A DNA stretch of 64,000 nucleotides from Candidatus Micrarchaeota archaeon (GCA_021791245.1 JAJYWY010000007.1:16340-80339); one strand, 5' to 3'. Counted from the stretch's first letter, positions 29,506-39,703 are shown. Numbers and translations are program-made. The notes: generated by a model from the letters alone, not told the origin.

Positions 29506-29673
29506 CTACCTGTCAAAGTAAAGCCATATTATGTCTGCCAAGAAGATTATCACTCCGAGAGTGATGCCAGTACCGAAATGTGCCCCATAAGCGAGGTACG
29601 TCCAATACAGGTCAGCTATCAGGATTATTATCCCCATCAAGACAGACACGTTCTTTCCCATCTTTTGTGCCAT
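29506..29673 (-). CDS. 55-aa two-TM membrane peptide (hypothetical)
   Basis: MAQKMGKNVSVLMGIIILIADLYWTYLAYGAHFGTGITLGVIIFLADIIWLYFDR, not in the ORF track. It is antisense to the listed ORF 29488..29730. Confidence 0.4.
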   Translation of the reverse strand: MAQKMGKNVSVLMGIIILIADLYWTYLAYGAHFGTGITLGVIIFLADIIWLYFDR

Positions 29674-29724
29674 GCAATCATATTTAATACGAAGGGAATG
29701 TTTTTATACCTCTGTGAAAGCACG

Positions 29725-30024
29725 TTATGAGGAGATTATGTCCCCAAAAGACCTTATGAAGTACTCCTTTGCATGCATTACAGATGAACTTCCTTTTTTT
29801 GTAATTTTGTATACTACTGTTTTGCCATTCTTTTTTCCGATTATTAGGCCTTTTTCGCTCAAATCCCTGAGCGCGGGATAGAGCGTTCCTGCCTTAGGCT
29901 TTTCTCCTCGCCTCTTTTCTATCTCCCTTGCTATCCCCTCTCCATGCATATCCTTTTTCGAGAGAAGCCATAGTATCTGGAATGATAGAAGACCCCTCAT
30001 GTCGCATCCGTAGTATTTTTCCAA
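29725..30024 (-). CDS. PadR-family transcriptional regulator
   Basis: LWLLSKKDMHGEGIAREIEKRRGEKPKAGTLYPALRDLSEKGLI winged-helix signature. Confidence 0.85.
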   Translation of the reverse strand: MEKYYGCDMRGLLSFQILWLLSKKDMHGEGIAREIEKRRGEKPKAGTLYPALRDLSEKGLIIGKKNGKTVVYKITKKGSSSVMHAKEYFIRSFGDIISS

Positions 30025-30100
30025 TGGATTACCAGGATAAATATAGGATATGCTATATATTTAAATATTTGTATGTATAGGATATACTATAGGTGATATA

Positions 30101-30253
30101 ATGTGCGGAAACGCGTGTGAGTGCGGAAATGGGATGAGAAACTTCCTTACAAAAGAAGAGAAGCTTGAACTCTTGAAAGAGTACAAGGACAGGCTTGAAA
30201 AGGAGGCAAATGGGGTTTCTGAAGCCATAAAACAGATTGAAAAGAACAATTGA
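30101..30253 (+). CDS. 50-aa Cys-rich/coiled-coil protein divergent from PadR (DUF5320-like?)
   Basis: AGGTGA sits 5 nt upstream of the ATG. The product is MCGNACECGNGMRNFLTKEEKLELLKEYKDRLEKEANGVSEAIKQIEKNN. The listed ORF 30061..30249 is its antisense shadow. Confidence 0.55.
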   Translation: MCGNACECGNGMRNFLTKEEKLELLKEYKDRLEKEANGVSEAIKQIEKNN

Positions 30254-30278
30254 TTGTTTTTTTTCTTTTTCTTTTTAT

Positions 30279-31166
30279 TCAGTACATTTTGTCAAGCCGT
30301 TTTATTCTTTCTTCTATCGGAGGATGCGTTGAGAAAAGATTAATTATTGATTTTGCGCTTAGAGGATTCGCAAAGTAGAGAGACGCATTAATGCCATTCG
30401 CATTTCTAACAGGGGTCGCATTGGGGTTTTTCCCATATTCCTGGATCTTCTTTAGTGCGCTCGAAAGGTGCATTGGCGCCCTGGTTATCCTTGCGCCGTT
30501 AGCATCTGCCATATATTCCCTTCTTCTGGATATTGCAAGCCTTAATATCATCGCAAATATTGGGGCCAATATGCCTATTGCAAGAGCTATGAGAAGGAAT
30601 ATGCCATTGCCCTCCCGGTCATTGCCGAAGAAGAGGAAGCCCCTAAAGAATGCGGCCACCAGCCCTATTACGCCTGCAAACACTACAGCTATGAGCATAA
30701 ACTGAATGTCGTTATTGTATATGTGAGACAGCTCATGGGCTAACACCCCCTCCAACTCTTCCTTGCTCATCATTGAAAGAAGCCCTGTTGTGACGGCTAT
30801 GGACGCATTGTTCCGGTTCTTTCCTGTAGCGAATGCATTCGGATTAGGGTCATTGACTATGTATATTTCCGGTACCTTAAGCTGGTTTGCGACTGCTAGC
30901 CCTTCTACTATGTTGTAAAGCGAGGGATATTGCTTTGGGTCTGCCTTTTTGGCCCCTGATAGTTTAAGCACTATCTTGCTTCCCATTTCATAGGAGAAGA
31001 TGGCATATAACGCTATTACTGCAATTCCTACCCCAAAGGCGAGAGGCCCCCCTCCAAGGATTATGATTATAAGGTATATTATCGCTGCAAAAAAGCCTCC
31101 GAAGATTGCCATCAGCAGTATTGATTTGATTCTGTTCCTATTTATTTCATCGAAAAAGCTTGCCAT
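30279..31166 (-). CDS. htpX: M48 zinc metalloprotease HtpX
   Basis: HELSH zinc motif, four TM segments, 295 aa. Confidence 0.9.
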   Translation of the reverse strand: MASFFDEINRNRIKSILLMAIFGGFFAAIIYLIIIILGGGPLAFGVGIAVIALYAIFSYEMGSKIVLKLSGAKKADPKQYPSLYNIVEGLAVANQLKVPEIYIVNDPNPNAFATGKNRNNASIAVTTGLLSMMSKEELEGVLAHELSHIYNNDIQFMLIAVVFAGVIGLVAAFFRGFLFFGNDREGNGIFLLIALAIGILAPIFAMILRLAISRRREYMADANGARITRAPMHLSSALKKIQEYGKNPNATPVRNANGINASLYFANPLSAKSIINLFSTHPPIEERIKRLDKMY

Positions 31167-31178
31167 TTAAATGCACTT

Positions 31179-31805
31179 TTACTTGTTTTGTTTACCTTTC
31201 TGCTGTTTTTGCGGTCCTTGAGCTTGATTTTGGGTATTGTCTCCAGATAGATCGCTGAAGTCCACTTTAACAGGCTGTTTCTCTTCCTCCGGAGTGGTGA
31301 AGAAGTCTGATTTCTGGAAGCCCATAGGACCCGCTAGCACATTCCCTGGGAACTCCTGTATAGCATTGTTGTAGTCGAGCACGTAATCGTTGTAGGAAGT
31401 CCTTACGAATGCTATTTTGTTCTCTGTATCCTCCAGTTCGTCCTGCAACTGCTTGAAGTTTGCGCTTGCCTTAAGGTCAGGATAGTTCTCAGCCACTGCA
31501 AATATGGATTTTAGGGCCTGACTCAGCTGGTTGTTTGCCTGGGCCTTGTCCTGCACAGATCCGGACATTATCGAAGTTCTTAGTTTGGTGACGTTTGTAA
31601 GCACTGACTTCTCATACTTTGCATATCCCCTTACCGTGTCGATTAGGTTTGGAATAAGGTCATATCTTCTCTTTAACTGCACGTCTATCTGTGCCCATGC
31701 ATTTTGCACCCTGTTCCTCTTTACAATGAGGCTGTTGTAAATAAGCACTATTATTACTACAATAAGTGCAACTACTCCAAGTATTATATATTCAAGAAGC
31801 GCCAT
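31179..31805 (-). CDS. lemA: LemA-family membrane protein
   Basis: N-terminal TM segment then NAWAQIDVQLKRRYDLIPNLI, the LemA signature. It lies immediately upstream of htpX. Confidence 0.85.
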   Translation of the reverse strand: MALLEYIILGVVALIVVIIVLIYNSLIVKRNRVQNAWAQIDVQLKRRYDLIPNLIDTVRGYAKYEKSVLTNVTKLRTSIMSGSVQDKAQANNQLSQALKSIFAVAENYPDLKASANFKQLQDELEDTENKIAFVRTSYNDYVLDYNNAIQEFPGNVLAGPMGFQKSDFFTTPEEEKQPVKVDFSDLSGDNTQNQAQGPQKQQKGKQNK

Positions 31806-31851
31806 ACACCTATTTTATGGGATATCTTTATATTTAAACCTTTGCAAATGT

Positions 31852-32304
31852 TTAGATTATCGACCACTTAACTTCAAGCCAGAGTGAATCTCTGCCAGAG
31901 TAGGATACACCATATACACTAATTATAGGTTCCCAATCTGTTTTAATCTCTACCTTTAATCCTTGGTTCTCTAACATAGGTTTTATCGCTGATGCAATTT
32001 TGATTTTATTTTGTAGTTTAGACCCAATGTATTCTTTTTCCTCAACAGAATTATGTAAATAAATTCTTATTAATCCAGTTTTATGCCCCTTTCGTATTTT
32101 CTTTTTCATATCGTTGTATATCTTTTTGTAAGTATAATTGAAGTAATATGATATTTCACCTTCCATGCGCATTTCTCTTCGTTGCCGCCACTCTTCATGT
32201 TCTTTTTTCATAAGGTCTATAAGGGTAGAGTTTGCCTGAACGAGGTTTGGATCACTCCCACTGTTCTGCCTAAATATCTTAAGTATACCTCCCATTGATT
32301 CCAT
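31852..32304 (-). CDS. Hypothetical protein, 150 aa
   Basis: A clean ORF in the co-directional block with no recognisable motif. Confidence 0.4.
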   Translation of the reverse strand: MESMGGILKIFRQNSGSDPNLVQANSTLIDLMKKEHEEWRQRREMRMEGEISYYFNYTYKKIYNDMKKKIRKGHKTGLIRIYLHNSVEEKEYIGSKLQNKIKIASAIKPMLENQGLKVEIKTDWEPIISVYGVSYSGRDSLWLEVKWSII

Positions 32305-32356
32305 ATATTATCTTATTTTGCATTTATAAGCTTATTCTATTCTGTTATGGAAGGAA

Positions 32357-32429
32357 TGCGCCAGCCGGGATTTGAACCCGGGCATCCAGCTTGGGAAGCT
32401 GGTATCCTACCAGGCTAGATTACTAGCGC
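32357..32429 (-). tRNA. tRNA-Gly (CCC)
   Basis: The reverse complement gives GCGCTAG-TA-ATCT..GGAT-A-CCAGC-TTCCCAA-GCTGG-..-CCGGG-TTCAAAT-CCCGG-CTGGCGC-A. It starts directly after the PAC2 stop codon. Confidence 0.85.
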
Positions 32430-33212
32430 TTAGCGTATATATGTAAAGTTCTCCGGGTTTGGTGCGGGCATTGCACCGCCTTCCGACTCCTTTACCATTT
32501 CTTCTATGTCTCTCATCATTTTTCTTGTTGCTTTTATAAGATGGTCTATGTTCTCCATGCTTATGCTTATGCCTAGCACGCCCTGCAATACTTCGAGAAC
32601 GCGTTTCGCTGCGTCCGCATCAACATCCAGCATTTCAGTCTCGCCCATTATGCATGCACTCGGTATCATGTGTTTCTTTCCAAATGCCACGATAAGCCCT
32701 GATGCGCCGAAGATTGTGCCTTGGGCTTCGCCGAATATTATACCATGGCGTTTCAGGGTCTCAATCATTTTCTTGTCTGTGGTGAGACCAAATACTTTCT
32801 GGTTCTCCGCCTTGCCCTTGGCAGAATTGTACCCTGCTATTGTATATATTTCATGTCCTCCCAGGTGCTTGAAAAACCTCACTATCTTCTCGTTTATATC
32901 ATATTGGCCTTCCGGAGTCATGGCCTGTATGTCTCCAAGGAGTATTATCAAGTCGTGTTTTTCCTTTCCATGCTTAACTGCGTTTTTTGCATAATAGAAT
33001 CGGTTGTTAACAAGCCTTAACATGCCGTTTTTAAGCATTATTGCCTGGTGTGGAAAGTGAGGGGAATATAGTGTTGCAAACTTCTTTGCCCCAATCTCGT
33101 TTTTGATGTGCTCGCACACCATGCTTCCTACGTTGCCTATGCCAGGCAGGCCTACTATCATCACCGGCTTGTTGAATTTCATTTTCTTGTAGAATATCTT
33201 GGTCTTGTTCAT
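32430..33212 (-). CDS. PAC2-family (proteasome assembly chaperone-like, COG1938) protein
   Basis: PVMIVGLPGIGNVGSMV motif, 260 aa. It overlaps the aIF2-alpha stop by 4 nt. Confidence 0.7.
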   Translation of the reverse strand: MNKTKIFYKKMKFNKPVMIVGLPGIGNVGSMVCEHIKNEIGAKKFATLYSPHFPHQAIMLKNGMLRLVNNRFYYAKNAVKHGKEKHDLIILLGDIQAMTPEGQYDINEKIVRFFKHLGGHEIYTIAGYNSAKGKAENQKVFGLTTDKKMIETLKRHGIIFGEAQGTIFGASGLIVAFGKKHMIPSACIMGETEMLDVDADAAKRVLEVLQGVLGISISMENIDHLIKATRKMMRDIEEMVKESEGGAMPAPNPENFTYIR

Positions 33213-33964
33213 GGTGCTTCCTTTTTTATGGCAAGCGAACCCTTTTCGCCTTTTATTGTCTTTTCCATTATTGCAACTGCTTTCTTTATCTTCTCTTCGG
33301 CTTTTGGATAATTATCCCCTCTTGCCACCAATGAGTAATTAGGGGCACCCAGATATGTAACTGTAACGTCAAGGCCTTCTATTTCGTGGAACGTTTTTCT
33401 TATCGTGCTTATGCCGGATTCAGTATTGTATACCTGGAAGCTTGCTATATATGATACTTCATAAACTTTGGGCTTTATGTTCTTCTCTACTATCTCCAGC
33501 ATTGCTTTCTCGAAATTCTTATCTACATTATCAAGTTTCTTGTTTTCGTAAATGTAATCTATAAGTTCGGAATACGTTACGAACGTCTTTGATATCTGGT
33601 CTCTTATATTGGCTTCGTCTTGTATCTTTGCGGCAATCAGGGCTTGTTTGTAGAATCCTTGTGCTCTATTCTCAAGATTGTATTCCGTTATCTTGTCTTT
33701 CTTCTCCTTTTCTCGTACCCTTTTGAGCGACACGTCTACAGCATTTTTCTGCGTGTCTATGAAAATTACCTTGGCTACGTGTTTCTGGCCTTCTTTTATG
33801 AATTCATGTATGTTCTTTATCCATCCGGAAGCAACTTCCCTTACGGGGAGATATGCATCTATGTTGTACTCTACCAACGAGCAATATGCACCGTATGGCA
33901 TCACCTTCTTTATGTTTATGAGGACCAGTTCATCTTTGTCCGGAAGTTTCTTTGGTATTATCAT
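33209..33964 (-). CDS. eif2a: Translation initiation factor aIF2 alpha subunit
   Basis: N-terminal S1 domain (DELVLINIKKVMPYGAYCSLVEYN.DAYLPVREVASGWIKNI), 251 aa. Confidence 0.9.
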   Translation of the reverse strand: MIIPKKLPDKDELVLINIKKVMPYGAYCSLVEYNIDAYLPVREVASGWIKNIHEFIKEGQKHVAKVIFIDTQKNAVDVSLKRVREKEKKDKITEYNLENRAQGFYKQALIAAKIQDEANIRDQISKTFVTYSELIDYIYENKKLDNVDKNFEKAMLEIVEKNIKPKVYEVSYIASFQVYNTESGISTIRKTFHEIEGLDVTVTYLGAPNYSLVARGDNYPKAEEKIKKAVAIMEKTIKGEKGSLAIKKEAP

Positions 33965-33971
33965 AACCTAT

Positions 33972-34253
33972 TTACCTCTTTATCTCTAGTTTCTTCTTTG
34001 TCCTTGTGCCTATTACTCTTTCTACAGAGTATTTGCACTCTTTGCATTCCAGTATGACTTTCTGCTTCTTCGATACTTTTTTCACTTTCGCCTGCCCTTT
34101 TACCTTCCCCACATACCCTTGAAGCTTTCTTTCTCGCCTTCTTTTTCCCATGTTAAATGTGAGTTCCGGCTTCTTTGAATATATGTTAACCACATGTGGC
34201 GTATGCTTGTTGCATTTAGGGCAGAATGTATTCGTTTCCTTTACTATTTTCAT
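33972..34253 (-). CDS. rpl44e: 50S ribosomal protein L44e
   Basis: MKIVKETNTFCPKCNKHTPHVV...LECKECKYS, basic, 93 aa. Confidence 0.9.
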   Translation of the reverse strand: MKIVKETNTFCPKCNKHTPHVVNIYSKKPELTFNMGKRRRERKLQGYVGKVKGQAKVKKVSKKQKVILECKECKYSVERVIGTRTKKKLEIKR

Positions 34254-34261
34254 CTAATCAC

Positions 34262-34735
34262 TCAATTTATTATTTCTCCTATTTGGTTTGACACCAAAAA
34301 TTCAATATCATCTTTGTTTATTATATCCACAACCTGGTTTTGGTTGAATGGGCCTATTTTGTTTCCAGAAGGGGATATGACTTCTGGTATTCCTAACTTT
34401 ATCTTAACTTTTTTTATATTTTCATTTTTCTCTTCTCCTTCCATTATGCTTTTTATTCTGTAATAAAGGTTTTCTTCCTCTTCTGGTATTTTTATAGGTA
34501 TGCTTTTGTCGTATGCTATATATAGAAGTATCTTCTGCTTCCTAATATTCTTAATTCCGAAGACAATTTTTTTTATGTTCTCTAGTTGTTTCTGTTCTTT
34601 TGATCCTTCCTTATTTTCCTGCTCTTTCATAAAAAAACCAACAGAAGTATAAAAATCCTTTGGAAGCTGCTGTATTTCGTTTGTTTTTTTCTCTTCTTGA
34701 TACGCCGTATATAAAAAGCTAAAAGAAATCTCCAT
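34262..34735 (-). CDS. GINS subunit (Gins51/Gins15-type)
   Basis: The N-terminal helical pattern LYTAYQEEKKTNEIQQLPKDFY...RKQKILLYIA and the C-terminal B-domain-like VKIKLGIPEVISPSGNKIGPFNQNQVVDI fit archaeal GINS51. Confidence 0.65.
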   Translation of the reverse strand: MEISFSFLYTAYQEEKKTNEIQQLPKDFYTSVGFFMKEQENKEGSKEQKQLENIKKIVFGIKNIRKQKILLYIAYDKSIPIKIPEEEENLYYRIKSIMEGEEKNENIKKVKIKLGIPEVISPSGNKIGPFNQNQVVDIINKDDIEFLVSNQIGEIIN

Positions 34736-34861
34736 ACCATAACACCCTACATTTCCACTATTCTCTGTTGTATTATATAATTGTATTGTTAATTTTTCTC
34801 TTTTATATATTTTTATTTAGAAAAGAAATAAAAATAATAGTGGAACTGTACCCTGTTTTAA

Positions 34862-34936
34862 TAGCGAGAGGTGGATTTGAACCACCGGTTTCCGGGTTAT
34901 GAGCCCGGCGAGCACTCCTGGCTACTCTACCTCGCT
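34862..34936 (-). tRNA. Initiator tRNA-Met (CAU)
   Basis: A1:U72 pair (AGCGAGG.../...TCTCGCT-A) and anticodon arm CCGGG-CTCATAA-CCCGG with three consecutive G:C pairs. The 5' 10 nt overlap the TFE stop region. Confidence 0.9.
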
Positions 34937-35757
34937 GTAGTAATAACTTTTTTAATTAGGTTTTCTGCATATTCCCTGTTGGCCCTTTTATAGGAAGAAC
35001 CGCAGGTCCCGCACCTGAATTTTTTTTCAAAAACAACATCAAAAGGAAGAACTTCGTTGTTTTTTGAAAAGCATTTTTCACAGAAGAAAAAGTCGTTGCA
35101 GTCTATAGGAAGGTTTGCAAGCTCAAGCAACCTTGCCGATTCGGTGGTGGCCATTATTTTCTCCAGTTTAGATTTATCTATATACCACTTAAACGTTATC
35201 CATCCTTTTTCATTTTTGTTGGTTATATACTTAACTACCCCCTCCGAATTGAGCTTGTTGAGCACTCTCCTTACGTCATTTATCTTCATATTGAGTTTCT
35301 CTGCGATATATTCATCTGTTTTTGGCATAGCTAGCGTTTTCATTATCTCGTTGGTGTTCTGCCCTATGAACAGCGCAAATTCAGAGAACCTTGGCGTGGC
35401 AACTATTTTTTCTATATACTCAATACCAACAGCATACTTTTCCTCTTTCTTCTCATCCCTAAGCTTCTTTGCAATCTCCGGATCCGCCTTCTGCTTTACT
35501 GGCACAGATTTATGTGCACTGTCCTGATAAACATGGTGGTGTTTATTAGAAAGGTGCCTGTGATTATCAATTTTTCTAAAATTGTTTTTCTTTTTGTTTG
35601 CATTAGATGATGCATGATTATTTGCGACACGGTAAGGGGGTGTAGACTTGTTAATCCTGGCATTCCTGAAACCTGCCTTGTTTTTATCTTTGCCGTTTCC
35701 TACTGAACTTGTTCTGCCTTTGTTAAATCGTTTTCTGTTCTTGCTAAATACATGCAT
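34927..35757 (-). CDS. tfe: Transcription factor E (TFE alpha) with a ~110-aa basic low-complexity N-terminal extension
   Basis: Winged helix (EYIAEKLNMKINDVRRVLNKLNSEGVVKY...KGWITFKWYID) plus zinc ribbon CEKC...CGTCG. The N-terminus is rich in K/N/H/R. Confidence 0.75.
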   Translation of the reverse strand: MHVFSKNRKRFNKGRTSSVGNGKDKNKAGFRNARINKSTPPYRVANNHASSNANKKKNNFRKIDNHRHLSNKHHHVYQDSAHKSVPVKQKADPEIAKKLRDEKKEEKYAVGIEYIEKIVATPRFSEFALFIGQNTNEIMKTLAMPKTDEYIAEKLNMKINDVRRVLNKLNSEGVVKYITNKNEKGWITFKWYIDKSKLEKIMATTESARLLELANLPIDCNDFFFCEKCFSKNNEVLPFDVVFEKKFRCGTCGSSYKRANREYAENLIKKVITTAR

Positions 35758-35879
35758 AATATCATCGAAGAAGTACTAAGTTAACTAATCTCTCCTATAA
35801 AAACATATCTATATCTTCGTTTATAATAGATTGCAGAAAATCATGCTATTTTAGTTCAGGAATTCTGCTATTGACTTAA

Positions 35880-38800
35880 TTATTCCTCTTTTTTTGTAAT
35901 ATTGAAATCTACTACTCTGGCGCCTTTTGGAAGTCTCATTGCTCTCACACCTCTCGCAGACCTTCCTGTTATCCTCAACTCGTCGGTGCCAAACGTAATC
36001 GCTATCCCAGAAGTATTGATAAGCATTATCTCTGACTTGTCAAGATTCTCTACGAAACCAATTTTTGCCACCATTCCTGTCTTCTCATTTATTTTTATAT
36101 TTCTCACCCCAGATCCGCCTCTCCTCTGCTTCCTGTAGTTGTCTATCTCGGTCAGTTTGCCATATCCTCCTTCAGTAATCGTAAGTATGTATCCATTGTC
36201 ATTGCATACTATCACTGACTGCGCAGAATCCCCTGCCTTTAGCTTTATCCCCCGCACACCCATAGACGTCCTTCCTATGAAACGAAGATCACTTTCATCG
36301 AACTTTATTGCGCTGCCTTTCCTTGTTCCTATTATAACATTTTTCTCCATAGTATATTTTACTGCATCCTTAAGGAGGTCTCCCTCATTCACGTGCAGCG
36401 CACGTATACCCTTATTTCTTGGGTGTGAGAAGAGCTGCGTAGACATCTTCTTTATCAATCCTTTCTCGGTAAGAAGAAGCATTTTCGAGTTTTCGAAATC
36501 CTTAAGGCTGAATATCTTTATAACCTTCTCGCCGTTGAGATCCAGCATGTTGACAATTGCTTTTCCTTCTGCATACCTGCCAGCTTCAGGGATTCTATAT
36601 ACTTTTAGCCAATGCGCATTGCCCTTGTCTGTAAGGCATAGCAGGAAGTCCTTTGTATTGCATGAGAGGATCTGCTTGACATAATCTCCTTCTTTTAGGT
36701 TTATCACAGTTATCCCTTTCCCTCCCCGTGCCTGTTCCTTGTAGCTACCTATGTCAAGTCTTTTCATGTATCCTGTATTGGTGAAGATTACTGTAGTCTT
36801 CTTGTCTGTTATAGTATCCTCTTCTGCTATATCATCAAACTCTTCCTCATTGATTATCTGCGTCCTTCTAGGCCTGCCATACAGCCTTTTCATCTCTTCT
36901 GTCTCTTCTTTTATTATCCCATCTATTTTTGTTGGATCTTCCAGAACCCCCGAGTAATATGAAATCCTTTCTTCAAGCGTGCTCTTCTCCTTGCTCAGTG
37001 AATCGAATTCAAGATGCGTCAGCCTAGAGAGCTTCATGTCTAATATCGCATCCGCCTGCTTCTCGCTCAAGGAGTACGCATTCATTATTCCTTGCCTTGC
37101 CTCTTTGGTTTCTTTGCTCTCCTTTATGAGTTTGACAATATCATGTATGTTGTCTATGGTAACTATTAGCCCTTCTACTATGTGTAGCCTGTCCTTAGCA
37201 ACGTCGAGCTCAAACTCGCTTCTCTTCCTTACGACGTTCCTTCTGTGGTCTATGAACGCATTTATGAGCGTAAGCACGTTGAACGTCTTGAGATTGTTCC
37301 CAGTAACTCCAAGGTTTATTACAGGAAAAGTAGTCTCAAGCTGACTGTATTTAAAGAGCGCATTGAGTATATTCTCCCCATTTATATCCTTCTTGAGTTC
37401 TATGACTATGCGTATGCCTTCTTTGTCGCTCTCATCGCGTATGTCGTTTATTCCTATTATCTTCTTTTCATTGACCAGATTTGCTATGCCTTCTATCATT
37501 GCGGATTTGTTAACGTTATATGGGATTTCTGTTATCACTATATTCTTTTTATTCTCGTCGATGTCTGCTTTAGCCCGTACGTGGACTTGCCCTCTTCCTT
37601 TAGCGTACCCCTCATACGCACTCTTTGACATTACCACAATTCCGCCCGTAGGAAAATCAGGTCCTCGTATTATTCCAAGTATCTCTTCAACACTTGCCTC
37701 CTTATTGTCAAGTACATGTATTATTGCATCGCAAACTTCATTTACATTGTGCGGAGGCATGCTCGTTGCAACTCCTACTGCAATTCCGTATGATCCGTTT
37801 ACGAGAAGATTCGGGAACTTCGACGGGAGGACAATAGGCTCTTCTTCGGTGTTGTCGAAATTTCCTACAAACCTTACGGTGTTTTTATCTAAATCAGAAA
37901 GTATGTCCTCTGCGGCTTTTGTAAGTCTAACCTCTGTATATCTCATTGCTGCAGGCGGGTCGCCATCTACCGATCCAAAATTTCCCTGCCCTTCGACAAG
38001 CTTTGTGTTCATTGAAAAATCTTGGGCCATTCTGACAAGCGCTTCATATACCGATATGTCTCCATGTGGGTGGTATTTTCCGATACAATTATGCGCTATC
38101 ATTCCATTAGCGACAAATTCATGTTCATTCTCTACCTGTATATCATACGTTATATCCTCATTACAATTGACAATAGAAGCTACAGGATAAAAACGAATAT
38201 TCTCTTTTGTTACAAGATCTATAAGATGTGAAAGCCTGGGGTTGGACATATCTAGCTTGTCTTTAATGCCTCTTTCAATTATTTGTGATACCTGTAAAGA
38301 TAGCATCCGCAGATATGAACCATGGCTGGTTTTTGTTCTTTCGCCATACTTTGCTTCGTGCCAGGATTTATCCGCCTTGCTATCTTCATACCCGTTCTTA
38401 TCAAGATCCTCCTCTCTTAATCCGTCAAATGCTTTTTCGCTTACCCAAGGCATAATGTCGTCATCAATCATTAGGAAACGATTATCCGACAAATGTTCCG
38501 CTCTCTCTTTCTTCTTTTTATCATGTAATCCCAAATTTTCCGCTAAAAATCCGGCATTAATACCATTGAATTTGATGCTAAAGACATCTTCATTTAGACC
38601 AATTGCATTCTTTTCTGGTATAATCATGTCCCTCTTGCTGCGTTGAGTAAAATATTTTTCCCCAAATATTCCCAAATGATGCAACAACACCAAAAGTCTG
38701 TTGGCAATATCTTCAGATGGTGTTGCATATTCTATTGCATTCTCGTTGTTATGTATATAGCAGTCTCCGTCAATAAGGCCGCTTAAGAAAGAGAATATGA

Positions 38801-39698
38801 CCTTTTTCGGGCTTCCAAAAATCTGTTTAGGTATTTGTGTTGGCCGGGCTTCGCATCCAAGAAGGCCAAAAGCATCGGCGAAAAATCTGCATACTTGCCT
38901 ATTGCTGATCCTTATCTGGTAAATTTTACTTATTAGTACCTGCCCATTGGCTGTATTGAGCTGTTGGTGTTTTTCTTCAATATCTGTGGAATAATCGAAT
39001 TCTTGCTTTAAGCAGTAAGCGATATGGTTTATTACGTTAATATCTGCAGAGTAGAAGCCTATATCAGAATATTTACCAGTTTCATTGCCATTTATAACAA
39101 ATCCCACAGAGAGAAACTGGCCTAGCAAATATCCAATATTTTCATTAATCCTCTTTCCATCCAAGCAAACCTCTTCTGCAATCTCGGGGTAATAAGGCTT
39201 CATAACTACATAATCCCCTACATCCAGTTTATTTGCATCTTTCCAGCAGATGTTCCAATCCTTATCTAATATCTTAAATTTCTGTGAGTTCGTAACGGTA
39301 TTCTCTATTCCTCCCTTGAGTTTTATTTTTAGTAAATTGCGTTTTGGCATTATATAAATTTCTGAAACTTTTTGTAATCCCTTTTGTGTATAAACACGAT
39401 CTCCTTTTTTGACATCCTGGATTGGTATTAGCCCATTTTCCGTAAGGACAAAGGTATCCTTTACAAAGCATTCCCCCACAATTCTGGCACTCTTTTTCGT
39501 CGGCTGATCATGGGTGTTCTTTATGCTTCTCATGGCATAGAGTATTCTTCTCTGCACTGGCTTCAGCCCATCCCTTACATCAGGTATCGCCCTTCCTATG
39601 ATTACGCTCATAGCATAGTCTATGTAGTGTGATTGCAGTTCCTCATCCAGAGAAACATCAAAATTTTTGCTTTCATTTTCATTCATACTTATCCACAC
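35880..39698 (-). CDS. gyrA: DNA gyrase subunit A interrupted by a 461-aa intein (the extein is ~811 aa)
   Basis: Extein motifs are KSARIVGE|...|[20 protein letters not shown] and C-terminal beta-pinwheel repeats. The ORF opens at GTG 39698; ATG 39686 is an alternative start. Confidence 0.9.
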   Translation of the reverse strand: MWISMNENESKNFDVSLDEELQSHYIDYAMSVIIGRAIPDVRDGLKPVQRRILYAMRSIKNTHDQPTKKSARIVGECFVKDTFVLTENGLIPIQDVKKGDRVYTQKGLQKVSEIYIMPKRNLLKIKLKGGIENTVTNSQKFKILDKDWNICWKDANKLDVGDYVVMKPYYPEIAEEVCLDGKRINENIGYLLGQFLSVGFVINGNETGKYSDIGFYSADINVINHIAYCLKQEFDYSTDIEEKHQQLNTANGQVLISKIYQIRISNRQVCRFFADAFGLLGCEARPTQIPKQIFGSPKKVIFSFLSGLIDGDCYIHNNENAIEYATPSEDIANRLLVLLHHLGIFGEKYFTQRSKRDMIIPEKNAIGLNEDVFSIKFNGINAGFLAENLGLHDKKKKERAEHLSDNRFLMIDDDIMPWVSEKAFDGLREEDLDKNGYEDSKADKSWHEAKYGERTKTSHGSYLRMLSLQVSQIIERGIKDKLDMSNPRLSHLIDLVTKENIRFYPVASIVNCNEDITYDIQVENEHEFVANGMIAHNCIGKYHPHGDISVYEALVRMAQDFSMNTKLVEGQGNFGSVDGDPPAAMRYTEVRLTKAAEDILSDLDKNTVRFVGNFDNTEEEPIVLPSKFPNLLVNGSYGIAVGVATSMPPHNVNEVCDAIIHVLDNKEASVEEILGIIRGPDFPTGGIVVMSKSAYEGYAKGRGQVHVRAKADIDENKKNIVITEIPYNVNKSAMIEGIANLVNEKKIIGINDIRDESDKEGIRIVIELKKDINGENILNALFKYSQLETTFPVINLGVTGNNLKTFNVLTLINAFIDHRRNVVRKRSEFELDVAKDRLHIVEGLIVTIDNIHDIVKLIKESKETKEARQGIMNAYSLSEKQADAILDMKLSRLTHLEFDSLSKEKSTLEERISYYSGVLEDPTKIDGIIKEETEEMKRLYGRPRRTQIINEEEFDDIAEEDTITDKKTTVIFTNTGYMKRLDIGSYKEQARGGKGITVINLKEGDYVKQILSCNTKDFLLCLTDKGNAHWLKVYRIPEAGRYAEGKAIVNMLDLNGEKVIKIFSLKDFENSKMLLLTEKGLIKKMSTQLFSHPRNKGIRALHVNEGDLLKDAVKYTMEKNVIIGTRKGSAIKFDESDLRFIGRTSMGVRGIKLKAGDSAQSVIVCNDNGYILTITEGGYGKLTEIDNYRKQRRGGSGVRNIKINEKTGMVAKIGFVENLDKSEIMLINTSGIAITFGTDELRITGRSARGVRAMRLPKGARVVDFNITKKEE
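38088..39470 (-). mobile_element. GyrA intein with a LAGLIDADG homing-endonuclease domain
   Basis: Begins [13 protein letters not shown] and ends [10 protein letters not shown] followed by +1 Cys. The LAGLIDADG blocks are [14 protein letters not shown] and [12 protein letters not shown]. It spans 1383 nt in frame. Confidence 0.85.
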
Positions 39699-39703
39699 AC
39701 AAA

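Noticed and set aside
34736-34861. The very AT-rich spacer between GINS and the initiator tRNA as a replication origin
   Set aside because: There are no repeated ORB-like elements or inverted repeats, and no orc1/cdc6 gene nearby. It is most simply the GINS promoter plus the tRNA 3' flank.
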